59,679 nucleotides of DNA from the NCBI RefSeq assembly GCF_016433145.1, contig NC_058130.1, forward strand, positions 5,584,373 through 5,644,051, written 5' to 3'. The notes under the pieces were generated by a model that was given only the letters and a program-made list of their open reading frames with translations, did not search any database and was not told the DNA's origin. Below, piece by piece: positions 49,440 to 59,679 of the stretch; position 1 is the stretch's first letter; each line of letters begins with the position of its first letter. A program made the translations under genes and the position numbers. The stretch is from Gracilinanus agilis (Eukaryota).

Positions 49440-49980
49440 TGCTAAATCTGAACACTGGATAACTCTTACCATCTTTGAACTCCCTTCCTACTTATGTGCT
49501 GTTGAGCAGACCTGGAGGAAATCATGGAACTATGTTGATTGGCCCATTATGAATTCATGCTAGCTAATCTTACATGGGTCCTCACTACTGCACGGTTATC
49601 CTGTTACTTCTCCCTACTTTTCCCTATTCCACTCACCATAGAAGCTGTTCTAAACCTTTCATTTCTTGTTCAAACCTCCCCTTCCATTCTTTGCTCTTTC
49701 ATGTACCACTGAGGTCCTCCCCTCATACTTCACCAAAATGAGACCATGTATAGAGGTCATCCTCTTTACTCCTCAACTTTCACCCCTCTGCTATTGCTCC
49801 CAACTCTTTTCTCATTCCCTCCAGTATGCGATGATGAGGTGGTCCTTCTGCTTGACTAGGCCAAACCTTCTATAAACTTCCTTGATTCCAGTTCCTCCCA
49901 TCTTCTGTCAATTTACACTCACCTTTTCTCTCTCTCTGCCTCTCTGTCTCTCTCTCCATCTATATCTCCATCTTTTGGAT
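49440..49980 (+). mobile_element. L2 ORF2 remnant
   Basis: C/T-rich L2-like text (ctcatacttcaccaaaatgagacc, aggccaaaccttctataaacttccttgattcc). Confidence 0.55.
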
Positions 49981-50229
49981 TCCACATGATGCTATTGGGG
50001 TTTAAAGCTATTTTGGAACTTTACATTTGAGGTCAGAAATCTAAAAAGGATCTAGCGAATGAAAACCATGATAGGCTTCAAACATAGCTAGCCCTATCCG
50101 ATCTCGTGTCACTGATTTGTGGCAAAGAAGTTGCCTTAGTTCAGCTCTGTAGTTCAGACATCCGCATTTTGTACCACTTTAGACTTTTATGTGCCAGCAT
50201 CTGCTATTGACATGCTAGAGACACTAACA

Positions 50230-52080
50230 CAGGGCAACAAATTGGACTTCATAGCTGTCATTGAGACTTGGTGGGATGAAACCCATGACTGGGATGTGCC
50301 CAGATCAGTATAACTTCTTCAGCATAAGCGAGATCAGTACAAAAGATTATGAGACAATAGATTTTCGATTGTAAGAAAAGTCCAAGTTCAACTGGTCCAT
50401 ATCTTCATTTAATGGAAAGGTTAAGTGATTTGTCCAAGGTCCTACAGGTAGAAGTAATTGGGATGGGATAGCATTGCATGTTAAGAAAATAGACTCATAG
50501 GAGAAAATCCAGGAATCAGAATGAGAAAGTATGATGGAGAGCATTTGGCACAAGATAAGTGAGTGGAGAAACAGAAGCAATTTTGTTATCATATTGCTAT
50601 CGACCATGAAGAGTTTGGCAAACATCGTAGTGGTGATGGGAAACTTTAGCAATCCATATGTTTGCTGGAGATATTTCTGCCAAAAAGAAGAGCTAATAAT
50701 TCTGTGACTGGTCTTGATGAAAATTTCTTCATTTCTAAGATGGAGAGATCATTGGGGGGAAATTATTTTGCATTTGATTCTAACTGACAAGGAACAAGGT
50801 TTGTGGAGAAGAAATGGTAGTACTTTTGGAGTAAAGAGACCAGATTCTTTTCAAATTCATGGTAAAGAAAAAGAAAGCCAGACATAGTCTGACATGTACC
50901 TAAGACTTTGGGAGTTTCATTTTCAAAGAAATTCAAAGAAGGATAGGTTAGTTTACTTGGAGTAAAATTTTATCAGGGGAATTGGCACAGTAAAGGTGAG
51001 AAATGCTCAAACAAGAAACTATAAAGAGACAAAGGAATAATTCCAGCAAAAAGGGAAAATGAAAATTGTCAGAAGCTTCAAATAAACTGCTAACACTTTT
51101 ATAAACTTTGAAGTTTACAAAAAGTCATACAAATTTGATTTGTATTTTACATCTGTATTTGATCCTCCCCGAAAGTCCCTTCCCCAGGGCTAACCAACTA
51201 GAAAGAGACCGAGGCAGGATTCAAATTCAGGTCATCTTGATTCCGCTTGGAGTCTAGCACTACAATATCTGTCTGCCATCTAAGTAGCTTAGAACTTAAA
51301 GAGATCTGAAGTTTTATTTATATCAAAAGAGATTTAGAGAAGAATTTGGCCTGACCATCCACACAAAAAACTCAAGTGGATGAAAAATATCAATTTCCAG
51401 GATTACAACATGCATATGAGTGAAGTACCTATAGAGTTTGTTAGCATGTATATGTGATATAGATGAGACAGATGGCAAAGGTGCTAGAGTGGAGTTACAG
51501 ACACTTCAGTCATATGAGCCCAGACTTGGGGATTGAGAGAAGTGATGTGTGTGGTTTCTGGACCACGGTCAGAAAACAGAAGATCATGACTGGAGGAAAG
51601 CAAATATCCTATTTTCCAAAGAGGAGGAGAATACAACATGCAAACCTTAGAGCAGGGGTCGGCAACCTTTTTGGCCGTGAAAGTCATAAACGCCACATTT
51701 TTTAAAATATAATTTCATGAGAGCCGTACAGTGCTCACAGTGCCGCTCCTGTAACAGTGCCTGAAAAAAAAAATGGACTTTATGGCTCCTGCAGAAAGAG
51801 CCATATCTGGCCCTCAAAAGAGCTGGATATGGCTCGAGAGCCGTATGTTGCTGACCTCTGCCTTAGACCAATGAGCTTGATTTCTACTCCAGGAAAAAAA
51901 TCTAGAGAACATTATTAAAATGATATTTGGTGAATATCTGAAAAAGACAATAGTGAGTATGCAAGATGAGTGGCATGACTTTACCAAGAGCAGATCATTC
52001 CAAATTATCCTTCTATTTACAATTAGATTTTATTTTCAAAAACAAAGATCTACCTCTTCTTTCTCCCCAAACACTCCATT
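50230..52080 (+). mobile_element. L3/CR1 ORF2 remnant (endonuclease to reverse transcriptase) with MIR and MITE insertions
   Basis: 50242-50298 reads LDFIAVIETWWDETHDWDV (CR1 endonuclease ETWW motif). VVMGNF near 50625-50650. IIKM...HDFTKSRSFQ near 51910-52000. Confidence 0.88.
51653..51860. mobile_element. hAT-superfamily MITE, copy 2 (208 bp), opposite orientation to copy 1
   Basis: TIR CAGGGGTCGGCAAC...GTTGCTGACCTCTG. 8-bp TSD ccttagag (51645-51652) / ccttagac (51861-51868). Confidence 0.95.
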
Positions 52081-52138
52081 TGAGTTAGAAATCAAGAAAA
52101 GCAAAATTCATTATAAATGTATATAGTTAAGCAATACA

Positions 52139-52379
52139 NNNNNNNNNNNNNNNNNNNNNNNNNNNNNNNNNNNNNNNNNNNNNNNNNNNNNNNNNNNNNN
52201 NNNNNNNNNNNNNNNNNNNNNNNNNNNNNNNNNNNNNNNNNNNNNNNNNNNNNNNNNNNNNNNNNNNNNNNNNNNNNNNNNNNNNNNNNNNNNNNNNNNN
52301 NNNNNNNNNNNNNNNNNNNNNNNNNNNNNNNNNNNNNNNNNNNNNNNNNNNNNNNNNNNNNNNNNNNNNNNNNNNNNNN
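52139..52379. other. Assembly gap (241 N)
   Basis: Run of N. Confidence 0.99.
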
Positions 52380-55095
52380 CATTGGAGGATGGAGGTCGCA
52401 CCAAACCATCTTGACCCACTGGACCCAGTGGAAGGACGGATGGGTCTGGAAGGGCCTCTTCTAGGTGGTCCTAGATCAAGGGGAAGCGGTGGGGGGAGGA
52501 GAGCACTCCAGATGTGGGGCCCAAGCTGGGATGTGGAGGTGAGCATGTGCGGAGCTCCTGTTTCTGTGACCCAGTAAAGGGCACAAACAAGCCATCCATG
52601 ACTGGCTGCACTTACCACTGCTTACCACGGGCCGGGCCCAGTGCTTAGCACCTGCCTCCTGGCAGTTCACCCTCCGATGGCTTGGCAAAATTGGCCACCC
52701 TGTGCCCACACAGGTAGCATTGCTTCTGGCATTTGGAATTTTTGCAGTTAGACCATTGCGCCGGCTCCTTCGTTTACACCTACCTGTTGCTTGTCTCCTC
52801 CCGTGCCGGGCTTTTGGGTGACGAAAGACCCCGAAGCTTTCCTTTCCGTAACCCCCGGCGGGCCTGGTGTGGCAGATCTAGGCCGAGCCTGGCGATTCTG
52901 GCCCGGCAGCAGAACCCGTCCCTGCTCCCAGACTGCCTGATCCGGCTGTCCCGGCTGCTCCCCTGTCGGGCTGCCTCCGCGACACAAGTAAAGACACCTG
53001 GCGAGAGAGCCGTCGGCCCAAGTCAAATGACAGGCGGCCGGCCGGGCTATTTGTTTGCTTCAGAAGGCAATAAATAGGGAGCGTTTTGGCGAAGGGCGAA
53101 ATAGACTGCAAACTCATTACCGCGTCTCGCGCGGCACTCGTTCATGCTGTTAGGAAGATTTATGACAATGACAGCGAAGGTAACGCCATGTTAATAAAGG
53201 AGATTCTGAAAAGCCTCTTTTCAGATGTTTGGCCCAGAATCCGGGCTTCGGCCTTCCAGGGCTCGCCTTGTCCAGCGCCTGAGTGAAGAGGCAAAGATGA
53301 AGAGGCTCCTTATTCAGCAAAGGCAGACTCACCAGCATTTATTAAGCACCTAGTGTGTGCGGGGTCCTGGGAACACAAAGGGAAAAGAATCCAGCCTCCT
53401 TGGCCCTCGGGGAGCTTCTATTCCCCGGAATTCCACCGACTTACACGGGCGAAGCTTTCCTTCGGGCATCTGCATCATTTGGCCGGATGGGTCGGGGCTG
53501 CTGGGATTCGGGAGGGATCTCTGAGCCGGGGGTCCTAGCAAAGAAGCAAAGGCTGCGAGTCCTTTCCTCAGGGGCCACTCTAGAGCCCTCTCGGGGGGTC
53601 TTTAAGAGCAGGAAATACTTGCTGGCCCTCTGCAGGGGCAGGTCCATGGCTGCCGGAGCCTCCTGGGCGTTCCATTTCTCTGCGCACACATGAGGCGATG
53701 GTGGGAGCGAAAGATCTCGCACGAGCCGTGCTCGATGCTGGGCTCAGGATCGGCCTCAGACGCGTCCAAGCTGTTCTCGAATGTCGGAAAGCCGTTTCGG
53801 CTTGCTGAGCGAGTGTCCACCACGTGGGCTCTACAGTGGGGTAGTGATGAAGATTGAGGGCCATCATGACCACCAGAACGTCCTTTACGCACGGAGAAGC
53901 GCCAGTCAGCTCTGCCACGTGCTTCCCACCATCACCGTCCTCGGCTCAGTTCAACCCTCGTTCTTTTAAGTGACATCCTGGTGATCCGAGGGCACGAGCG
54001 GAAGCCGGCCATTGGCAGAACGGGCTTTAGGGCGGGTTCTGGCCCATCCAGGTGCTTTGTGGGCCCTTCACCTCCTCGGCACCGAAGCCGATCGTCTTCC
54101 ATATTGAACCCCGCCTAAACATGGTACCCCAAGCATGTCCTCCCCTCATTCGCTACCGTTTCTGGGAATGAAAAAGAGGGTGATTAGAGCCGAGAAGCAG
54201 CCGAAAAGCTGAGCTTTTCCACATTTACGCTGGAGTTAGTGACCATCGGCTTCCAAATTCCAACAGATTGACCCCGTTGGCGATTGTATTATCACTTGCC
54301 TTCAGCAGTTCCTCATAATCTCTTCCATATAGTTGGGCCCCCAAATAAGTCAAGTTGTACTTGTTGGAAACTTGGTAGGTTCAAGTTTTGTCAAAGAAGC
54401 AGCAGCAACGGCAGCAGAGAGATAAAGAGCTGGTGGTCTCAGTGGCCTCCTTCCAAACTCTGACAGCTGAATGAAATCAAAATCCTTTTTGGAAAGGTGT
54501 TAGATTTTGACAAGCCGGAGCTGGGGGGCAGGCTGGGTAAATTCCTCCCCATCTGGTAAACCAGGAAAGGGGGCTCTGGGATCCTCTCCTTCTCTGGTGC
54601 CTGCTCTTTTTTTCCCCTCTTTCCCTTCCATCTTCTTTTTCCCAGCCTCACTTTCTGCCTGATTTCGTCTTCTTCCAGATTCCTTAGCTGCCGTGAATTT
54701 TGAAACGCTGCCACATCCACTTATCAGCCCGTGGCAAACGCAGCCCTCGCCAGGTTTAAGATGAAAGGCTTTGATAATATAAGGTTTTTTATGAAAGAAT
54801 ATAAAAATCCGTGTGCTAGATACAATATGCCTGATCCTTTTCAGGGAATTGTCAGGGTTATCTTCGTTTTTATGGGTTTGTGCAGAAGGAGAAAATCACG
54901 GGGAGCCAGAAACTTGATCTAGCCACTGAAAGGCACAAGAGGCTCCCAGAAACAGCCAGGGCATTCCAGGAGCCCTTCCTCCAGGGAGTCTTCCACCATT
55001 GCAGAGGAATACACCTAAGGCTTTCCTGGGAAATGCTCTACCCGCTTCCTGTCTCCCAGTGTGGGCTACAAGTTGGATCACTTTCTCCAGGCACA

Positions 55096-55297
55096 GTTTT
55101 TTTTAAAGCCTCACCTTCTGTCTTGGAGTCAATATTGTGTATTGGCTCCAAGGCAGAAGAGTGGTGAGGGCTGGGCAATGGAGGTAAAGTGACTTGCCCA
55201 GGGTCACCTAGCTGGGAAGTGTCTGAGGCCAGATTCGAACCCAGGACCTCCTGTCTCTAGACCTGACTCTCAATGCACTGAGCTACCCAGCTGCCCC
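55096..55297 (-). mobile_element. Opossum SINE with SINE2-type tail
   Basis: 11-bp TSD ctccaggcaca at 55085-55095 and 55298-55308. Confidence 0.93.
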
Positions 55298-55339
55298 CTC
55301 CAGGCACATCTTTATTTCAAAGTGATGCTAAAATTGTTT

Positions 55340-55535
55340 TTAAGTCCTTACCTTCTATCCTTGAATCAACACTGTATATTGGTGCCAAGGCAGAAGAGCA
55401 GTGAGGGCTAGACAATAGGGTTAAGTGACTTGTTCAAGGTCACATGGCTAGGAAGTGTCTGAGGCCAGACTTGAACTCAGGACCTCCCGTCTCTAGGCCT
55501 GGCTGTCAGTCCACTGAATCGCCTTGTTGCTCTCA
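55340..55535 (-). mobile_element. Older opossum SINE2-type element
   Basis: ccttaccttctatccttgaatcaacactgtatattggtgccaaggcagaag tail plus CORE and head. Confidence 0.88.
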
Positions 55536-56043
55536 TTTCCATATGTTTTAAAGAAGCGATTTGCACCTCGATGTGTTTGCAGTCACGCTTGTGTGATGAT
55601 GGGGCTGCTGACAGCCCCTTGGCTGTGAGAGCGCCCTGGAAGACCTCCCCTACCTTGGAATCCCGGGTCATTGGCCTGGGTCCTGAGAGGTGACTTCACA
55701 CGTTAGCTTTCTTCCTGAACAGGTAAATATAGAAGCAAAGGTGACCTCTAACTAGGGAAGAAGCCTGAAGGCAGGGGGGGACCCACGCTGTAATCGGGGC
55801 AGGAGCGAACGAGGACTTGAACTAGGAGATGGCCCTGTGGATAAGGAAAGGGGGCTGGACAGAACAGATGTGGAAATAGCTGGGAGAAGATTGGGCAATT
55901 GGCTGGGGGTCAAGGAAAGGGATGAGCCAGCTCTGAACTTTTGAACCTGGGTACCTGGAAGTGTGCCGGTGCTCTCAGTAGAGGTAAGACAGTTTGGCAG
56001 GAGGGGATGCTAAGAAGCTAACAGGCTCTGTTTTGTCCCTTTT

Positions 56044-56251
56044 CCATTTCCATTTTTATTTGTTTTTATTTTTTTTTAAACCCTTCACTTCTGTGTATTG
56101 GCTCCTAGCTGGAAGAGTGGTCAGGGTGGGCCATGGGGGTCAAGTGACTTGCCCAGGGTCACACAGCTGGGAAGTGTCTGAGGTCGGATTTGAACCCAGG
56201 ACCTCCCGTCTCTAGGCCTGACTCTCCATCCACTGAGCTACCCAGCTGCCC
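56044..56251 (-). mobile_element. Opossum SINE1
   Basis: 15-bp TSD tgttttgtccctttt at 56029-56043 and 56254-56268. Confidence 0.95.
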
Positions 56252-56299
56252 TGTGTTTTGTCCCTTTTTAGTGTAACACGGTGATGAAACATCTAGGTG

Positions 56300-59200
56300 G
56301 GAATGGCCAGCAGGTAGCTTGGAAAATCTGATTAGAAATCAGGAAAGGAAGAGAGAGGAGGGGGGAGGAAGTTTGGAGACAGCCCAGCTGATAATCCAGC
56401 AAAAAGGTGTTTGAGGGAGGAGACAATTTTAAAAAGAAGGAGGAGGAGGGCCAGGCCAGATCCTTAGTGGATAACAATAGCAATAATGATCATCATCAGA
56501 GCACATATTGACATGGTGCTCACTACGTGCCAGGCACTGTGCTAAGTCCTTTTCGATGGTTATTATCTCCATCGGATCCTGACAACACTCCTGGGAATTA
56601 AGCTTAGGGAGCGGGAATCCAATGGTGGTCACCCAACACAGGAGATGGAGAAGGTGACCAAGAGAAAAACAGCATCATGGAAACCAAGAGAAGAAGAGAG
56701 GGTGGTTCCTAGTGCCAAAAGCCAGAGAGGAAGGATGAGGAGGGAGAAAAGGCCGTCATATTTAGCATTAAAGAGACATCAGAAGTCCTAGAGAGCAAAC
56801 ACCAGATCCGGAAAAGAGATTGAGAAGGGAGGGGAAGTGAAAGTCAAGACTGTCCACAGCACTTTCTAGGATTTGGTAGAGAAAAGGGGAAGAGGCAAAG
56901 GGGGAGGGGTTCCTTCTCTGCTGGGCACCCAATGGGAAGTCATTCGGTTTTGGCTAGTGTGTGGAAACCCTCTGGGCCAGCCTTGTTTGTCCGAGTTTAC
57001 CGAGTCACCTGGTCACCTCTGCTTCCCCAGCTAGGAATCTGTGGGCTCACCCAAAGTCCGTTCCTTGGAGCCTTCTTTCCTCCTCTTGACTCTTCTTTGC
57101 CCAGATAAGTTCTGGAAATAGCCACGTGGTGGTTGTGACTCTCAGCTGCATTTTGCCGCATTCCTGGAGAAAGCTCCCTTCTTCTCTCTGCCTGCAGACT
57201 AGGAGGGAGCATTCTGAGGTGAACAGAGTTTCCCTTTACAAACGTCGTGTCTCGCTAAGACAATGGGTGCCGATTGAACCCGAGCCCACGATGCCCAGAA
57301 AGTGCCTGCATTTCTTGGGACGTGGTGCCTCGGCCGGAAGGAGGGGTCGTTCAGTCAGTCTGCAGACAAGGGGAGGGAGGGGCCGGTGTCTTGGGGAAAG
57401 CCTGCTGGAAAGGGAGTTGCTGGATTGTTATGGAAGCTTTCGGGCTCTGGTGTTTTTCTCACAATCACGCAGCAGCAGTTTATCCTTCTCCACATTCCCA
57501 CGTGGGTCCGTGAAGGTTGCCAGGACATCTGAAGATCGGCAGAGTACTTTATCTCGTGTTACCCTCACAACAACCTGGAAGAAAACTGGGCCCTCAACAG
57601 AGCTTTGCCCCAGGTCACACAGCTAGGAAGGGTCTGAGATGGAATTTGAACTCAGATCTTCCTGGATCCAAGACCAGCTCTCTGGCTGTACCACAACAGC
57701 ATACCCATTTCTGATTTAAAACCATGTCCATTCAGTACAACAAATTTGAGGCCAGATTTGAACACAGGATTGCTCATCTCCATGCCTGGCTCTCTATCCA
57801 CTGAACCACCCAGCAGCACCAATGCAATAGATTCTGAAGGGTCTAAGATGTCCCAGGCTCTGGGAATAGAGGGAAAAGAATGAAAAGAAAGACCCTGCCC
57901 TGTAGGAACTTACCTTCTCCTCAGACTGATGTCACTGAATAAGAGATGGAGTCCAGGGAAGGCCATTCCCACCTTTAAAGTTCTAAGTTCAGCAAAAGCC
58001 CCTCCCAAATTTTCCAGCATTTATTAAGCTCTTCCTGTGTACACTGTGCTCAGGGCCACAGAGGGAGTTACTAAGATCACCACGCAGTGCTCTCTTATCT
58101 CCCGTACTTGGGAAAAAAGACAATACTAGGGTTGTACAGAGACCTGGTGCTCTTGTGTGTTCCCTTTACCTTAACTCCCCTTACTAGTCACTGAGAAGAG
58201 GGAAGGGGGAGGAAGTGTTGCTTTGGTAGAAAGATAATCAGAACTAGACCCAGAAGCCTGCTCATGGGCAAATCACTTCTCCCGCCCTTGTTTCCTCACC
58301 TGTAAAATGAAGGGGTGGAACCAGATGATATCTGGGGTCGCAGAGAGCACTGAAGCTAGGATCTCCTAAGTGACGGAGACCAGTTCACTTGTTCTTAAAA
58401 ATAATCATAGATTCATGATTCTCTTTCAGTTAGTAAGCATTTAATAAGCATCGACTGCGTACCAGGCATCGAGTTAGATACTGGGCAGACAAAGACAGAA
58501 ATGCAAGTCGTCCTCGCCCTCAAAATCTCAGAGATGATAGATTTAAAAAAGGAAGAAAGAACCTTCAAGATCATTTCGTCTGACCCCCTCCTTTTACTGT
58601 AAGGAAACTGATCGTCCAAGAGTTTAAATGACTACAGTGGGAATTTGAACCCAGAGCCTCTGCTTCTAAATTGGTGCTCTTTTCCTTGGCTCACATCCTT
58701 TCCTACCATTGTAAAGACTCCCCAAAGGCACAGCAAGGAAATGGAAGTAGAGAGAACTTGGGGTGGAGAAGGTTTAAGGCAACAGGTGAGAAGACCGTTG
58801 GTCCAGTTAGAACAAAAGTGGAAAGTGAACACACCTGTCTGATGAAAGTGGACCATGAGGCATTATGGGTAGAATACTGACCCACCAGTCAGGAAAACTG
58901 GGCATGAATTCTGCCTCTGATGCTCATTAGCTGTGTGACCTGGGGCAAATCAGCTAACCTCTCTGAGCCCCGATATAAATGGGAGTTATTATGAAAGACC
59001 CAGGAGTGGTAGAACTAAAGAGCACTAGTTGGAAATTGAGCTAATCAAGTGCGATTTCTTGCAGGTGGGGAGCAGTGGTCCTCTGGGGGACCAGCACTTA
59101 ATGAGTAGCCTCATTAAGGAGGAGGTGTGAATGAGACAAGCTGGGAGAAACAAACTCCAAAGGGGGTCCAATGAGAATGCAAAGTAGCTGTGACCCTAGA

Positions 59201-59640
59201 CCCCATTCATTCTTTTGTTGGGAATGGAATCCAAGGGTTCTCAAGGACAGAGAAGTCAGACAATGGTTGCAAGATGCTCCAAGCCCTGTTTTTGGGAGCT
59301 GCAGAAACCTGTCTGTAACCCAAGCATCCCACAGTGGGGGGATCATTAAAGGAACGGGAGTACAGTCATGTCATGGAGAGAGTGACTGATGGAGCCCCTC
59401 CTCCCCTCCCACTCCCAAGAGGAGCAAAAGAAGGGTTTCTGGACTGACCTGTGAGAGGGAAGGCAAGGGGGAAAAGCAGACCCAAAGCCTCCAAACGCAC
59501 TTTGATTAGAACCAACCAAGAGCAAAAGCCACAAAGTGAGATAGCAAGCTCAACTGAGGAAACATTTGCCACTGTCTAGGCACCTGGGGATACTGAGATA
59601 CAGAGAAGAGTCAAATGAAAGACATTCCCCGCCCTGGAGA
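56300..59640. mobile_element. Terminal cluster of L2 and MIR/MIR3 fragments interspersed with unique sequence
   Basis: L2 tails (tgtgctaagtcc, gtaagcatttaataagca) and CORE motifs near 57540-57700, 58220-58370, 58530-58690 and 58870-58990. Confidence 0.6.
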
Positions 59641-59679
59641 TTTTCTTTCTCTTTCTTTCCTTCTTTCTTTCTTTCTTTC
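59640..59679. repeat. (TTTC)n-type microsatellite at the window end
   Basis: Directly visible. Confidence 0.9.

Larger units (their letters stand above)
674..59679 (+). other. GLI3: GLI3 intron following the first coding exon (incomplete)
   Basis: Starts at the GT donor. No sequence encoding the next GLI3 exon was seen. GLI3 intron 2 is known to be very long in other amniotes. Confidence 0.85.

Noticed and set aside
25310-52080. L1 and L3 ORF2 remnants as possible domesticated genes
   Set aside because: Multiple frameshifts, stops and nested insertions; no intact long frame.
14387-52618. ORFs containing long X runs (near 14.4, 39.9 and 52.1 kb)
   Set aside because: Artefacts of translating through assembly gaps.
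53580-53969. Overlapping 62-112 aa ORFs in the CpG-rich block, as a possible hidden exon or retrocopy
   Set aside because: No similarity to GLI3 exon 3 or any protein I recognise; explained by high GC content.
6353-56251. tRNA-like sequences with A and B boxes
   Set aside because: All are SINE heads followed by CORE and tail, with TSDs; none is a tRNA gene.
1-59679. CRISPR-like or prokaryotic system suggested by recurring ~190-bp repeats
   Set aside because: The repeats are dispersed retroposons in a mammalian intron; there is no regular repeat-spacer array and no operon-like ORFs.
674-59679. Perfect GLI consensus GACCACCCA as a direct autoregulatory site
   Set aside because: I did not see an exact match by eye (only GACCACCAC/G/T and the SINE-borne variants); a motif scan is needed to confirm absence.

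Overview
Vertebrate genomic DNA, almost certainly from a didelphid marsupial (opossum-type SINE1/SINE2, MAR1, marsupial L1 and L3). It contains the first coding exon of GLI3 (+ strand; exon 509-673, ATG at 550, 124 coding nt, phase-1 GT donor at 674), followed by about 59 kb of the next intron. The next exon (expected to encode [20 protein letters not shown]...) was not found, so it probably lies beyond the window. The intron is a mosaic of SINEs (several with exact target-site duplications), L1/L2/L3 remnants, three hAT-type DNA elements, microsatellites and three assembly gaps. Between these lie repeat-poor blocks rich in PBX-HOX, MEIS, TCF and GATA motifs, which are candidate enhancers. None of the other listed ORFs looks like a real gene, and I found no multi-gene system. 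The best leads are: (1) an unexplained 64-nt near-perfect hairpin with pri-miRNA-like geometry at 39128-39191; (2) two upstream ORFs at the GLI3 start; (3) signs of AT-to-GC biased evolution in both the GLI3 N-terminus and ancient repeats; (4) SINE copies that carry GLI-type motifs; (5) two related, relatively young hAT MITEs. Repeat family names and human comparisons come from memory of consensus sequences, not from searches, and boundaries of old repeats are approximate.
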